In this document: in pieces, positions 15,969 through 25,697 of the stretch
Position numbering within the stretch: position 1 is the stretch's first letter
How the letters are laid out: every line of letters begins with the position of its first letter
Source of the DNA: Actinomycetota bacterium
GTDB lineage: Bacteria > Actinomycetota > Actinomycetes > S36-B12 > UBA5976
Reading direction: 5' to 3'
Length of the DNA: 26,979 nt
Assembly: GCA_039800825.1 (NCBI GenBank)
Contig: JBDLPZ010000104.1
Coordinates: 1-26,979 of the forward strand
The notes under the pieces: model-generated
Seen by the model: the letters and a program-made list of their open reading frames with translations, nothing else
Told to the model about the DNA's origin: nothing
Database searches by the model: none
Position numbers and translations under genes: made by a program

Positions 15969-17060
15969 GTGCGATCGCGCGCAATGTTGTTGGCGGGGGC
16001 TGTTTCACTGGTGGTTGTTCTCGCTGGTTGTGCATCGCCGTTTGCGGGCGCCTCACCGACCGTGACGAAGACTTCGACCCCGTCTCCTTCTGAGACATGC
16101 TGGAAGTCGCCGCTCACAGTATTGTGCTCACTGAAAACGACTCCGGTTCTCATTGTGAAGATTGATGACGTTTCTGGTGCTCGACCACAGCGCGGACTCA
16201 ACAGCGCTGACGTGATCTTGGTTGAACCAGTCGAAGGTGGGCTCACCCGGCTGATGGCGGTTTTTCAGTCTGAAGATCCAGTCGAAGTTGGTCCAGTGCG
16301 CAGTGCTCGCATCACCGATCTTGATTTGGCACCAGCGTTTGGAAAGCCTGGATTTGCATACTCTGGTTCGACGACGAAGTTGCGCTCGTACCTCGAGGCC
16401 GCAAACATCCAGAAGGTTGGCGCACCGCAGGGTGGCACGGGATATTTCCGAGTTGATACTCATGACGCCCCGCACAACTTGATGGCTCGCACGGCCGACC
16501 TTCGCGCTCGCATCGACGATGTGGTCGCCGCGCAGCTGAACCCCAACAGCAGTTGGGCTATCTCTGAAGAGCCTGCCGGTGGGCTCCCGACGCATCAATT
16601 AATCATGCGTTGGCCGGCGTCAGAGAAGACGTTCACGTGGGATCCCGCTCTCGCTCAGTGGCTCATCCGGGTCTACGACACGCCTCTCGAGTCTCAGCGT
16701 TATGGGTCAGCGCAACTCGAGCGGGCCACGACGACGACCGTTTTCTTGATGGAAACGCATCTTCAGGACAATCCCATCAAGTTCAAGCGTGGTGCCATCA
16801 CCCCATACCCTGAAACGATTGGCGAGGGCCATGGGTGGGTGCTGACTAACGGGCACCGCGTAGAGGCAACCTGGAAGCGCCCAACCGAGAAGGGCCTTCC
16901 TCGCTGGTACCAGCTCAATGGCAAAGAGATCTCTGTCAAACCAGGCCGTGTCTGGTGGCTCATTCAGACGGAGCCAGATGAGCATGAATTTCGCAACTAT
17001 CCGCCGGCTACGACCCAGAAGAGTGCGCCTAGCGCATCTGCATCTGCGACCAATAGCTAG
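15969..17060 (+). CDS. DUF3048 (YerB-like) lipoprotein
   Basis: Lipobox VLAG-C; VKID...ARPQ.GL..ADV..VEPVEGGLTRLMAVF, GPVRSAR, APHNL, G.....W.R, L.G..I...PG..W. Confidence 0.82.
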   Translation: MRSRAMLLAGAVSLVVVLAGCASPFAGASPTVTKTSTPSPSETCWKSPLTVLCSLKTTPVLIVKIDDVSGARPQRGLNSADVILVEPVEGGLTRLMAVFQSEDPVEVGPVRSARITDLDLAPAFGKPGFAYSGSTTKLRSYLEAANIQKVGAPQGGTGYFRVDTHDAPHNLMARTADLRARIDDVVAAQLNPNSSWAISEEPAGGLPTHQLIMRWPASEKTFTWDPALAQWLIRVYDTPLESQRYGSAQLERATTTTVFLMETHLQDNPIKFKRGAITPYPETIGEGHGWVLTNGHRVEATWKRPTEKGLPRWYQLNGKEISVKPGRVWWLIQTEPDEHEFRNYPPATTQKSAPSASASATNS

Positions 17061-17067
17061 CGCCCCT

Positions 17068-17073
17068 TACCAT
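17068..17073 (+). promoter_or_regulatory. Candidate -10 hexamer TACCAT upstream of pdxS
   Basis: TAnnnT in the 53-bp gap; GAGG SD-like sequence at 17104-17107; no clear -35. Confidence 0.35.
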
Positions 17074-17113
17074 TAGCCCCCGTTCCTACGTCTACACAGT
17101 CTGAGGCTCCAAA

Positions 17114-18040
17114 GTGTCTAACGAAGCAAATACCCCAGTTGTCGGCACGTCGCGCGTGAAGCGTGGCATGGCTGAAATGCTCAAGGGCGGCGTCATCATG
17201 GACGTTGTCAACGCTGAGCAAGCCAAGATCGCTGAAGACGCCGGTGCGGTTGCCGTTATGGCCCTTGAGCGCGTTCCTGCAGACATCCGCGCACAGGGTG
17301 GCGTCGCCCGCATGTCTGATCCAGACATGATCGACCAGATCATCGAGGCAGTCTCGATTCCTGTCATGGCCAAGGCGCGCATCGGTCACTTCGTCGAAGC
17401 CCAGATTTTGCAGACGCTCGGCATCGACTACATCGACGAGTCTGAGGTTCTGACTCCAGCAGATTACGAGAACCACATCGACAAGTGGGCATTCACTGTG
17501 CCATTCGTCTGTGGTGCAACGAACCTCGGTGAAGCGCTCCGTCGTATCAACGAGGGTGCAGCCATGATTCGCTCGAAGGGCGAGGCTGGTACCGGCGATG
17601 TATCTAACGCGACCACGCATATGCGCAAGATTGGCGCCGAGATTCGCCGTCTGACGTCGATGCGCGAAGACGAGCTTTACGTTGCAGCGAAAGAACTTCA
17701 GGCGCCATACGAACTCGTCCGCGAAGTTGCTGCTGCTGGAAAGCTTCCAGTCGTTCTCTTCACTGCTGGTGGCATCGCGACTCCAGCTGACGCTGCGATG
17801 ATGATGCAGCTCGGCGCAGACGGTGTGTTCGTTGGCTCAGGCATCTTCAATATTGCTCCTGGCCAGCCAGCTCCTGCATCTGCAGCTGCCGCTCGCGCAG
17901 CAGCAATTGTCAAGGCAACCACCGCTTTCGACGACCCGGACACTCTGGCCAACGTTTCACGCGGTCTCGGTCAGGCAATGGTCGGCATCAACGTTGCTGA
18001 CATTCCTGTACCACATCGCCTTGCAGAGCGCGGTTGGTAA
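17114..18040 (+). CDS. pdxS: Pyridoxal 5'-phosphate synthase lyase subunit
   Basis: [69 protein letters not shown]. Confidence 0.97.
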   Translation: MSNEANTPVVGTSRVKRGMAEMLKGGVIMDVVNAEQAKIAEDAGAVAVMALERVPADIRAQGGVARMSDPDMIDQIIEAVSIPVMAKARIGHFVEAQILQTLGIDYIDESEVLTPADYENHIDKWAFTVPFVCGATNLGEALRRINEGAAMIRSKGEAGTGDVSNATTHMRKIGAEIRRLTSMREDELYVAAKELQAPYELVREVAAAGKLPVVLFTAGGIATPADAAMMMQLGADGVFVGSGIFNIAPGQPAPASAAAARAAAIVKATTAFDDPDTLANVSRGLGQAMVGINVADIPVPHRLAERGW

Positions 18041-18645
18041 TGTCGCCGACAATTGGAGTGCTTGCACTCCAAGGCGATTTTCGCGAGCACATCGCGGCGC
18101 TTGAGGCCCTGGGTGAGAAGACCGTCTCGGTTCGAACGCCAGCTGAACTTTCCTCGGTGGACGCACTTGTCATCCCTGGTGGTGAGTCGACCGCGATCTC
18201 AAAGTTGGCCGTCGCCTTCGAAGTGCTCGAACCGATTCGTGAGCGCATTTCTGCTGGCATGCCGGCTTACGGCTCCTGCGCCGGCATGATCATGCTGGCG
18301 TCCCACATCATCGACCCGCGCTCTGGTCAGGTCACTTTCGGTGGTCTGGACGTTAAGGTGCGTCGCAATGCTTTCGGTCGGCAAGTTGATTCGTTCGAGG
18401 CGACTCTTCACTCGCCTAAGTTCGCAGGCGCTGGGGAGTTGACCGCGGTGTTTATCCGCGCACCCTGGGTCGAAGAGTGCGGCGAGGATGTCGAAGTTCT
18501 GGCGCGCGTCGAGAGTGGTCCGAACGTCGGGGCGGTGGTCGCAGTCCAGGATGGAGCGGTCATGGCGACGTCATTCCACCCCGAACTAACACAAGACTCC
18601 CGTGTTCACGCATACTTTGCACAGTTAGTTAGAGAGCGCGCCTAG
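18040..18645 (+). CDS. pdxT: Pyridoxal 5'-phosphate synthase glutaminase subunit
   Basis: GVLALQGDF.EH, IPGGEST, GSCAGMI, RRNAFGRQVDSFE, FIRAP, TSFHPEL; TAATG coupling. Confidence 0.96.
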   Translation: MSPTIGVLALQGDFREHIAALEALGEKTVSVRTPAELSSVDALVIPGGESTAISKLAVAFEVLEPIRERISAGMPAYGSCAGMIMLASHIIDPRSGQVTFGGLDVKVRRNAFGRQVDSFEATLHSPKFAGAGELTAVFIRAPWVEECGEDVEVLARVESGPNVGAVVAVQDGAVMATSFHPELTQDSRVHAYFAQLVRERA

Positions 18646-18669
18646 GCGCAAAGGAGAGGTTGATCCCCA

Positions 18670-19419
18670 ATGTCGGGTCATTCCAAATGGGCAACTACGA
18701 AGCACAAGAAGGCTGCTATCGATGCCAAGCGCGGCAAGATGTTTGCCAAGCTGGTCAAGAACATCGAAGTTTCGGCTCGTACCGGCGGCGCTGACCCTGC
18801 GGGCAACCCCACTCTCTATGACGCCATTCAGAAGGCGCGCAAGGCCTCGGTTCCTAACGACAACATCGAACGCGCAGTAAAGCGCGGCTCTGGCGCCGAA
18901 GCCGGTGGCGCCGACTGGCAGACCATCATGTACGAGGGCTACGGCCCTAACGGCGTAGCTGTCTTGATCGAATGTCTTACCGACAATCGCAATCGTGCTG
19001 CTGGCGAAGTGCGCACTGCGATGGGCAAGAACAACGGCAACATGGCCGACCCAGGCTCAGTGTCTTACCTATTCGCACGTAAGGGCGTTGTCATCGTTCC
19101 GAAAGGCGACCTGACTGAGGATGCAGTTCTTGATGCAGTTCTTGAGGCCGGCGCTGAAGAAGTCAACGACCTCGGCGAAGTTTTTGAAATCGTGTCTGAG
19201 GCTGTGGACCTAATTCCAGTGCGTACCGCACTTCAGGCTGCGGGCATCGATTACGACTCTGCAGATTCTTCGTTCATGCCTTCTGTCACGGTCCCTCTCG
19301 ATCTCGATGGCGCGAAGAAGATCTTCAAGTTGATAGACGCCCTGGAAGACAGCGACGACGTTCAGAACGTTTACGCTAACTTTGATGTCGCTGACGACAT
19401 CATGGCTCAGCTCGACTGA
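18670..19419 (+). CDS. yebC: YebC/PmpR family protein
   Basis: [38 protein letters not shown]; SD AAGGAG. Confidence 0.96.
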   Translation: MSGHSKWATTKHKKAAIDAKRGKMFAKLVKNIEVSARTGGADPAGNPTLYDAIQKARKASVPNDNIERAVKRGSGAEAGGADWQTIMYEGYGPNGVAVLIECLTDNRNRAAGEVRTAMGKNNGNMADPGSVSYLFARKGVVIVPKGDLTEDAVLDAVLEAGAEEVNDLGEVFEIVSEAVDLIPVRTALQAAGIDYDSADSSFMPSVTVPLDLDGAKKIFKLIDALEDSDDVQNVYANFDVADDIMAQLD

Positions 19420-19420
19420 C

Positions 19421-20746
19421 GTGTCACCTCAGCCGCCACCCATTGCCCTCTTTGGATGGGATTTAGCGGCGTGGCGTTTGGCCGAGGCAGACCCTGGGCT
19501 GCGTTCAACTGTTGTGGGCATCGTCTGCGTCGAAGGATCTTTGACGGCAACAGAACTCATGCCCAAAGTGATGGCTGCCGTTTCTCACAATAGAGTGCTT
19601 CGCTCTCGCGTCGTATCTGGGACTAGCGGCCCTGCGCTCGAAGAGATGAAAACATTCGATGTCGGTCGATGCGTTGCCTGGAGCCTAGACACCGCGGACG
19701 TAGCCGCTGTTGCGCACAATCTTGTCGAAACTGTTTTTGACTCTGAACTGCCGCTATGGCGACTGGCTGTCGTGCCGACAGGGGAGCGGACCTTCGTGGT
19801 TGCCGCTTTGCATCACGCGATTGCCGATGGCAACGGAGCCCTAGGTCTTGCAGGCTATCTCTTTGATGAATTCACGATCAGTGCGTCAGACCAGTCTGCG
19901 CCGCGTGCAACTGAAACCGAAGAAGGCGCAACGTCTGCTAGCTCACGAGCTGCCGTGACATCTGCAGCAGCGCGTGTCCTCGAGCGTGCGATTCGAGATC
20001 CACAAGGTTTGGCGCGAGACGTCAACGTTCTGGTGAAGAGCGCTACAACGTTGTTGTCGGTGCCGCAACAGCCGCACGCCCAAGCCATGGCGAAGCGTTC
20101 TGCATCGTTTGGGCAGACGTTTTACACATTCCCGAAAGCAGTCGTAAGAAACGCCATAGCTGGCCGGGGCGTTTCGCAGCATGACGCTTTGGTCGCGGTG
20201 GTGTGTGCCGCCTTGAGCGACTATCACCAGCGAAGCGGCATGAAGCTTGAAAAGTTGCGAATCAATGTGCCGGTCGCATTGAGCGTCGAAAAGGCCCAGG
20301 CGAATCAGATGTTGGTTGCGCGGTTGGAGATGTCGCTGGATGACCTTCACCCTGCAGCGCTCATGCTGCAAAGCAATCAGCTTCTGCATGAATGGCGCAG
20401 TCAGCCCGCATTGGGTCTGGCAAGCGAACTGATTGAAGCCTCACGACTCGTGCCGAGCGGCTTAATTGCTAGCGTCGTCAAGAAGGCCGATGCCACAATT
20501 AGCTCTCTCCGTGGTGTTGCTCGATTGGGGCATATCAGCGGCAAGCGGGTCTCATCGATCTGGCCGTTAGTGGCACCAATCGGCGCAGCAATCAGCATCA
20601 CGTCTGTCGGAGTGGGGTCCGAAGTGACGATGTGCGTCACTCACGACGAAGCTGCGGTGGCCGACATCGACCTCTGGCGCAGTTGTCTATCGGCGGCGAT
20701 GTCTCAGACCGCCGGCGTCGCACTTATCGAACATAAGTTTGAATGA
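19421..20746 (+). CDS. Wax ester synthase/diacylglycerol acyltransferase-like protein
   Basis: HHAIADG (HHxxxDG) motif; W...E.DP.LRS N-terminus, LRSRVV, PLWRLAVV, VPVAL. GTG start 1 nt after the yebC stop. Confidence 0.78.
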   Translation: MSPQPPPIALFGWDLAAWRLAEADPGLRSTVVGIVCVEGSLTATELMPKVMAAVSHNRVLRSRVVSGTSGPALEEMKTFDVGRCVAWSLDTADVAAVAHNLVETVFDSELPLWRLAVVPTGERTFVVAALHHAIADGNGALGLAGYLFDEFTISASDQSAPRATETEEGATSASSRAAVTSAAARVLERAIRDPQGLARDVNVLVKSATTLLSVPQQPHAQAMAKRSASFGQTFYTFPKAVVRNAIAGRGVSQHDALVAVVCAALSDYHQRSGMKLEKLRINVPVALSVEKAQANQMLVARLEMSLDDLHPAALMLQSNQLLHEWRSQPALGLASELIEASRLVPSGLIASVVKKADATISSLRGVARLGHISGKRVSSIWPLVAPIGAAISITSVGVGSEVTMCVTHDEAAVADIDLWRSCLSAAMSQTAGVALIEHKFE

Positions 20747-20822
20747 ACTGACCCTTCGCGGTGCGTCACCCCCTCAATTGAGCGCGATATTGCCTAGTCT
20801 TGGCTCGACTGAGGAGAGATTT

Positions 20823-21338
20823 GTGCGCGTCTTGGGTATCGACCCTGGCCTGACCCGTTGCGGTTTTGGCGTCATCGACAGCACCAGCACAGGCAAAGCC
20901 GCGCTGGTGCATGTTGGTGTTATCCGCAGCGATGCTTCGGCGCCCATCGAGCAGCGTCTACTGGCAATCGATGAGGGAATCTCGCAGATCTTGGACCAAT
21001 TTCAGCCGGCCGCGGTGGCGGTAGAGCGAGTGTTCGCACAAGCCAACGTCCGGACCGTGATGGGTACAGCTCAGGCGTCGGGGCTGGCAATCGTCAACGC
21101 CAGCCGTCGCAGCCTTCCGGTTCGTACCTACACGCCTTCCGAGGTTAAGGCGGCGATCACAGGCAGCGGCCGCGCTGACAAGGCTCAAGTCGGCATGATG
21201 GTCACGCGCATTCTTGGATTGACTGAGATGCCCAAACCTGCCGACGCTGCCGACGCGCTTGCTATCGCCATTTGTCACATGTGGCGCGGTGCGGCCCAGG
21301 ATCGACTTGCGGCAGCCGTCGCCGCAGCGAGGCCCTAG
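20823..21338 (+). CDS. ruvC: Crossover junction endodeoxyribonuclease RuvC
   Basis: MRVLGIDPGLTRCG, VAVERVF, G.GRADKAQV, ADAADALAIAICH; SD GAGGAG. Confidence 0.96.
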   Translation: MRVLGIDPGLTRCGFGVIDSTSTGKAALVHVGVIRSDASAPIEQRLLAIDEGISQILDQFQPAAVAVERVFAQANVRTVMGTAQASGLAIVNASRRSLPVRTYTPSEVKAAITGSGRADKAQVGMMVTRILGLTEMPKPADAADALAIAICHMWRGAAQDRLAAAVAAARP

Positions 21339-21340
21339 CC

Positions 21341-21931
21341 ATGCTGTCATTCTTGCGCGGACAGGTAGTCGCGATCATCGGCACGAACCTGTCCCTTGAT
21401 GTCAACGGCGTCGGTTACTCGATCAATGTCACGCCGAAAACGCTGTCTCACTTGCGCATTGGATCTGAAGCGATGCTGCCGGTAGCGCTCATAGTGCGCG
21501 AAGACTCGATGACTCTGTACGGATTCCTCGATAACGATGAAAGAGCCTTGTTCGATTTGTTAATGACGGTTTCTGGCGTCGGTCCAAAGTTGGCGCAGAC
21601 TATTTTGGCTGCACTGGAACCCGCTGCATTGAGCGAAGCAATATCGACGGGTAACGAAGCTGCACTTGTCAGAATTCCCGGCGTCGGCAAGAAGAGCGCC
21701 CAACGCTTAGTTCTTGAACTTGGCGACAAGCTGGTCGCGTCTGCAGGAAGCGCGGTAGCCCCGAGTTCGTGGCAAGACGACGTGGTTGCGGCACTTACCT
21801 CTCTTGGTTGGTCGTCTAAAGAGGCGCAGGCTGCGGTTGATGGTCTTGATGAGACATCTATAGATCCGAAGGATGCCGGAAGCGCGTTGCGCATGGCTCT
21901 GAGTTCACTCAACCGAACGGGCCGCCGATGA
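21341..21931 (+). CDS. ruvA: Holliday junction branch migration protein RuvA
   Basis: [52 protein letters not shown]. Confidence 0.96.
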   Translation: MLSFLRGQVVAIIGTNLSLDVNGVGYSINVTPKTLSHLRIGSEAMLPVALIVREDSMTLYGFLDNDERALFDLLMTVSGVGPKLAQTILAALEPAALSEAISTGNEAALVRIPGVGKKSAQRLVLELGDKLVASAGSAVAPSSWQDDVVAALTSLGWSSKEAQAAVDGLDETSIDPKDAGSALRMALSSLNRTGRR

Positions 21932-22950
21932 GCGACAACATTCCAGAAATCGTGGATGCGCATTCTCTGCCAGATGAGCAAACAGTTGAAAGCGCACTGC
22001 GTCCTCGCTCGCTGACAGAGTTCATCGGTCAAAATCGCGTACGCGAGCAGCTCGGCTTGGTGCTTGCAGCTACTGCTGCTCGTGGTGGAGCAGCCGACCA
22101 CGTCTTGCTGAGTGGCCCGCCTGGACTTGGTAAAACAACATTGGCCAGCATCGTTGCGCACGAGCTCAACGTCCCAATCCGCATTACATCCGGGCCGGCG
22201 ATTACTCACGCGGGTGATTTGGCGGCCGTTCTGTCATCGCTGACTGATGGGGAAGTGCTGTTCATTGACGAGATTCACCGAATTGCTCGGTCTGCCGCGG
22301 AGATGCTTTACCTGGCGATGGAGGATTACCGAGTCGATGTGATGGTCGGCAAAGGCCCAGGCGCTACTGCGATTCCGCTGCAGCTTCCACAGTTCACGCT
22401 GGTGGGCGCTACGACTCGGGCAGGCCTCTTGCCTGGCCCACTGCGTGACAGATTCGGTTTCACGGCCCATCTCGATTTCTACGATTCAGAGGATTTGGCG
22501 TCGGTGGTAACCCGTTCGGCCAATCTGCTGAAGGTCGATATCGACGAGGCTGCGACGGTCGAGATTGGCTCTCGAAGCCGCGGCACACCTCGAATCGCCA
22601 ACCGGCTTCTGCGCCGTGTGCGGGATTACGCCGAGATTCATGCAGACGGAACGGTGACTCTCGAAGTGACCGAGCGGGCACTGGCTTTGTACGAAGTGGA
22701 CGGTTTGGGCCTGGATCGTCTCGATATTGCTGTTCTCAAGGCGCTCATCACTCGTTTCGGCGGCGGTCCAGTGGGTCTTTCGACGCTCGCGCTGGCCGTT
22801 GGTGAGGAGACCGGCACCCTCGAAGAAGTGGCCGAGCCCTTCCTCGTGCGCGCTGGGCTTCTGCTCCGAACACCCCGAGGGCGCGTGGCCACAGACGCCG
22901 CGTGGCGGCACCTGGCGATGACCCCTCCGAATCCCACCCTGCCCCTGTAA
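21928..22950 (+). CDS. ruvB: Holliday junction branch migration helicase RuvB
   Basis: [57 protein letters not shown]. Confidence 0.97.
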   Translation: MSDNIPEIVDAHSLPDEQTVESALRPRSLTEFIGQNRVREQLGLVLAATAARGGAADHVLLSGPPGLGKTTLASIVAHELNVPIRITSGPAITHAGDLAAVLSSLTDGEVLFIDEIHRIARSAAEMLYLAMEDYRVDVMVGKGPGATAIPLQLPQFTLVGATTRAGLLPGPLRDRFGFTAHLDFYDSEDLASVVTRSANLLKVDIDEAATVEIGSRSRGTPRIANRLLRRVRDYAEIHADGTVTLEVTERALALYEVDGLGLDRLDIAVLKALITRFGGGPVGLSTLALAVGEETGTLEEVAEPFLVRAGLLLRTPRGRVATDAAWRHLAMTPPNPTLPL

Positions 22951-22970
22951 TGCACCCTTGCGCGGAGCCC

Positions 22971-22976
22971 TAAACT
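22971..22976 (+). promoter_or_regulatory. Candidate -10 hexamer TAAACT upstream of secD
   Basis: TAnnnT in the 61-bp ruvB-secD gap; SD GAAAGG at 22999-23004. Confidence 0.4.
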
Positions 22977-23011
22977 CTGCGACTTGCACCTTGTTGACGA
23001 AAGGTTTCAAC

Positions 23012-24610
23012 GTGGCAAAGAACTCTGCTGCCCAGGCGTGGCGTCCGCTAGCAACATTGCTAGCCGTCATTGTGGCGCTTGGCGTCTGGTCGTACCTCGG
23101 CCCGATCCATTCCCCGAAGCTTGGCCTCGATCTTCGCGGCGGCACTCAGGTGACGCTGACGCCGAAGGTCTCTGACGGAACGATTACTGATGACCAGCTC
23201 AAGCAGGCCGTCGACATCATTCGTCAGCGCGTCAACGGTCTCGGTGTTAGTGAAGCTGAAGTCTCGACTCAAGGTCAGGGCAACAGTGCGGCGATTCTCG
23301 TCTCGGTGCCTGGTGTCTCTGAGCAAGGTATCGCCGATGTCTTGAAGCAGACTGCGAAGCTCGCTTTCCGCCCAGTCGAAGAGTTGGCTGCTGGTACTCC
23401 TGCGAGCACCACGACTGCGACGCCTTCTGGATCGGCTTCCGCTACCGCATCAGCGACACCGAGCGCATCTGCTTCAGCCGCGGACAAGGTTTACGCGCCT
23501 TTCGAGTCTGACTCCAACGACGCCGCGCTGCAGGCAGCATTTGCCAACATCGATTGCACCGACCCGGCAGTGCGCCAAGGTGGCGTCCCCGATGACCCCA
23601 CCAAGTGGGTCGTGACCTGCTCGAAGGATGGCTTCTCGAAGTACCTTCTGCAGCCTGCTTTCATCGAAGGTACTTCGATTGACAACGCGTCAGCTGGTGT
23701 TCCACAGGGTGGCACCACTTGGCTCGTGACGCTGGACTTCGACTCAGAGGGCACCCAGAAGCTTGCTGATGCATCAACGTTGCTTTACAAGCAGACTTCA
23801 CCGAAGAATCAGTTCGCGATCGTTCTCGACGGTCTGGTTTCTTCAAGCCCATACTTCTCTGAGCCAATCCTTGGTGGTCAGGCTCAGATCACTGGCACGT
23901 TCACACAGCAAGAAGCAACTGACCTTGCGAACATCTTGAAGTACGGCGCACTTCCGCTCACGCTTGATATCGCTGAAGTGACCTCGCTCTCGCCGACCCT
24001 CGGTCAAGATCAGCTCGACGCTGGTCTGCTCGCCGGCGCTCTAGGCCTCTTGCTGGTCGTCGTCTACTTGCTGCTCTACTACCGAGTGCTCGGTTTGGTC
24101 GCAGTGTTCTCACTGGTCGTCGCCGCAATCATCACCTACCTCGCGTTCATCGTGCTCGGTGGCCAACTCGGTTTCTCGCTGACGCTCGCCGGTGTCGCTG
24201 GTGCGATCGTCGCCGTGGGTATTACTGCTGACTCGTTCGTCGTTTACTTCGAACGTATCCGTGACGAAATCCGCGAAGGAAAGGCCCTCAAGGCCGCCAT
24301 CAACGCTGGTTGGGATCGCGCTCGTCGCACCATCTTGGTTGCCGACTTCGTATCGCTGCTCGCAGCTGCCGTCCTCTGGTGGTTGAGCATCGGTAGCGTC
24401 CGTGGCTTTGCCTTTACGCTCGGCCTGACCACCCTCATCGATATTGCCGTTGCGTTCCTTTTCACACGTCCTTTGGTCGTGCTGTTCGGTCGCAACAAGT
24501 GGTTCTCCTCCGGTGCTTCGATGACCGGTCTCGATCCGAAGCGTCTTGGCGTTACCAGCATTGCAGTGCCTCACGCACGCAGCACTTTCGCAGAATCGAA
24601 GGGTGAATAA
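23012..24610 (+). CDS. secD: Protein translocase subunit SecD
   Basis: LGLDLRGG, IIRQRVNGLGVSE, AIVLDG..SSP, L.YGALPL, SPTLG, VGITADSFVVYFERIRDE, VRGFAFTL. Confidence 0.96.
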   Translation: MAKNSAAQAWRPLATLLAVIVALGVWSYLGPIHSPKLGLDLRGGTQVTLTPKVSDGTITDDQLKQAVDIIRQRVNGLGVSEAEVSTQGQGNSAAILVSVPGVSEQGIADVLKQTAKLAFRPVEELAAGTPASTTTATPSGSASATASATPSASASAADKVYAPFESDSNDAALQAAFANIDCTDPAVRQGGVPDDPTKWVVTCSKDGFSKYLLQPAFIEGTSIDNASAGVPQGGTTWLVTLDFDSEGTQKLADASTLLYKQTSPKNQFAIVLDGLVSSSPYFSEPILGGQAQITGTFTQQEATDLANILKYGALPLTLDIAEVTSLSPTLGQDQLDAGLLAGALGLLLVVVYLLLYYRVLGLVAVFSLVVAAIITYLAFIVLGGQLGFSLTLAGVAGAIVAVGITADSFVVYFERIRDEIREGKALKAAINAGWDRARRTILVADFVSLLAAAVLWWLSIGSVRGFAFTLGLTTLIDIAVAFLFTRPLVVLFGRNKWFSSGASMTGLDPKRLGVTSIAVPHARSTFAESKGE

Positions 24611-24611
24611 C

Positions 24612-25697
24612 ATGTCGAAGCTCGGAGATCTTGGCGCTCGCCTTTACCGTGGCGAAGTTTCATACGACTTCGTCGGCCGCCGCCGTTTTCTGTACACAAT
24701 TTCGGCCGTCGTTCTAGCGATTTCGTTCTTCGGTCTGTTTGGTCGCGGACTGAACCTCGGTATCGAATTCCGCGGTGGCGCGGAATTCCAGGTCGCATCT
24801 CAGGCCGGAACCGTTGAACAAGCTCGCGCTACTGTTTCGAGTCTCGGTATTGAGAACCCGATTGTGACCAAGCTCGGCAACGGCACTTTGCGCATTCAGA
24901 CTCGTGATCTGACCACGGAAGAGACCAACTCGGTCGTCTCCGCACTTGCTACTACGTTCTCGGTTGCTGAAGGCGAAGTGCGCGTTCAGATCGTGGGTCC
25001 TTCGTGGGGCTCTGACATCACTAGCAAGGCAATTCAGGCGCTGATCTGGTTCCTCGCGCTGGTAGCTCTGTTCCTCGCCGCGGCTTTTGAGTGGCGCATG
25101 GCTATTGCGGCTCTTGTCGCACTCGCACACGACGTCATCATTACCGTTGGTATCTACGCTCTGACCGGTTTTGAAGTTACGCCTTCCACAGTGATCGGTG
25201 TTCTCACGATTCTCGGCTTCTCTCTGTACGACACAGTGGTTGTGTTCGACAAGGTCAAGGAAAACACCCGAGGCATTGAGAAGCAGTCGAAGATGACGTA
25301 TCCAGAAGCGGCAAACTTGGCTCTTAACCAGACTCTGGTCCGCTCGATCAACACCTCGGTTGTTGCCCTTCTTCCAGTTGCCGCGATTTTGATCATCGGT
25401 GCTGGCCTGCTCGGTGCAGGTACGTTGCGCGACCTGTCGCTAGCTCTCTTCATCGGTATGTTGGTTGGCGCGTACTCATCGCTCGCTGTCGCTACACCTG
25501 TGCTCTCCCAGCTCAAGGAGAAGCAGCCAGAGATGATCGCGCTCGCAAAGCGTGCAGCGAATCGCTCAAAGAAGTCTGCTGACTCCGGCGCCGATGGTTC
25601 TGCCGTCGCAGTGGACGATGTAGAAGTCGCTGCTGCGGCTAACTACGAAACGGGTTACCGCAACCAGCCGCGTCGCAAGCCACGAAGCAAGCGCTAA
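24612..25697 (+). CDS. secF: Protein translocase subunit SecF
   Basis: LNLGIEFRGG, VGPSWG, ALAHDV, GFSLYDTVVVFDKVKEN, QTLVRSINTS, GAYSS. Confidence 0.96.
   Translation: MSKLGDLGARLYRGEVSYDFVGRRRFLYTISAVVLAISFFGLFGRGLNLGIEFRGGAEFQVASQAGTVEQARATVSSLGIENPIVTKLGNGTLRIQTRDLTTEETNSVVSALATTFSVAEGEVRVQIVGPSWGSDITSKAIQALIWFLALVALFLAAAFEWRMAIAALVALAHDVIITVGIYALTGFEVTPSTVIGVLTILGFSLYDTVVVFDKVKENTRGIEKQSKMTYPEAANLALNQTLVRSINTSVVALLPVAAILIIGAGLLGAGTLRDLSLALFIGMLVGAYSSLAVATPVLSQLKEKQPEMIALAKRAANRSKKSADSGADGSAVAVDDVEVAAAANYETGYRNQPRRKPRSKR

Noticed and set aside
23390-23482. Ser/Thr/Ala/Pro low-complexity stretch in SecD
   Set aside because: Such linkers are common in the extracytoplasmic domain of actinobacterial SecD.
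21448-24613. Antisense ORFs opposite ruvA/ruvB/secD (253, 219, 167 aa)
   Set aside because: Shadow ORFs of conserved genes with no recognisable domains.
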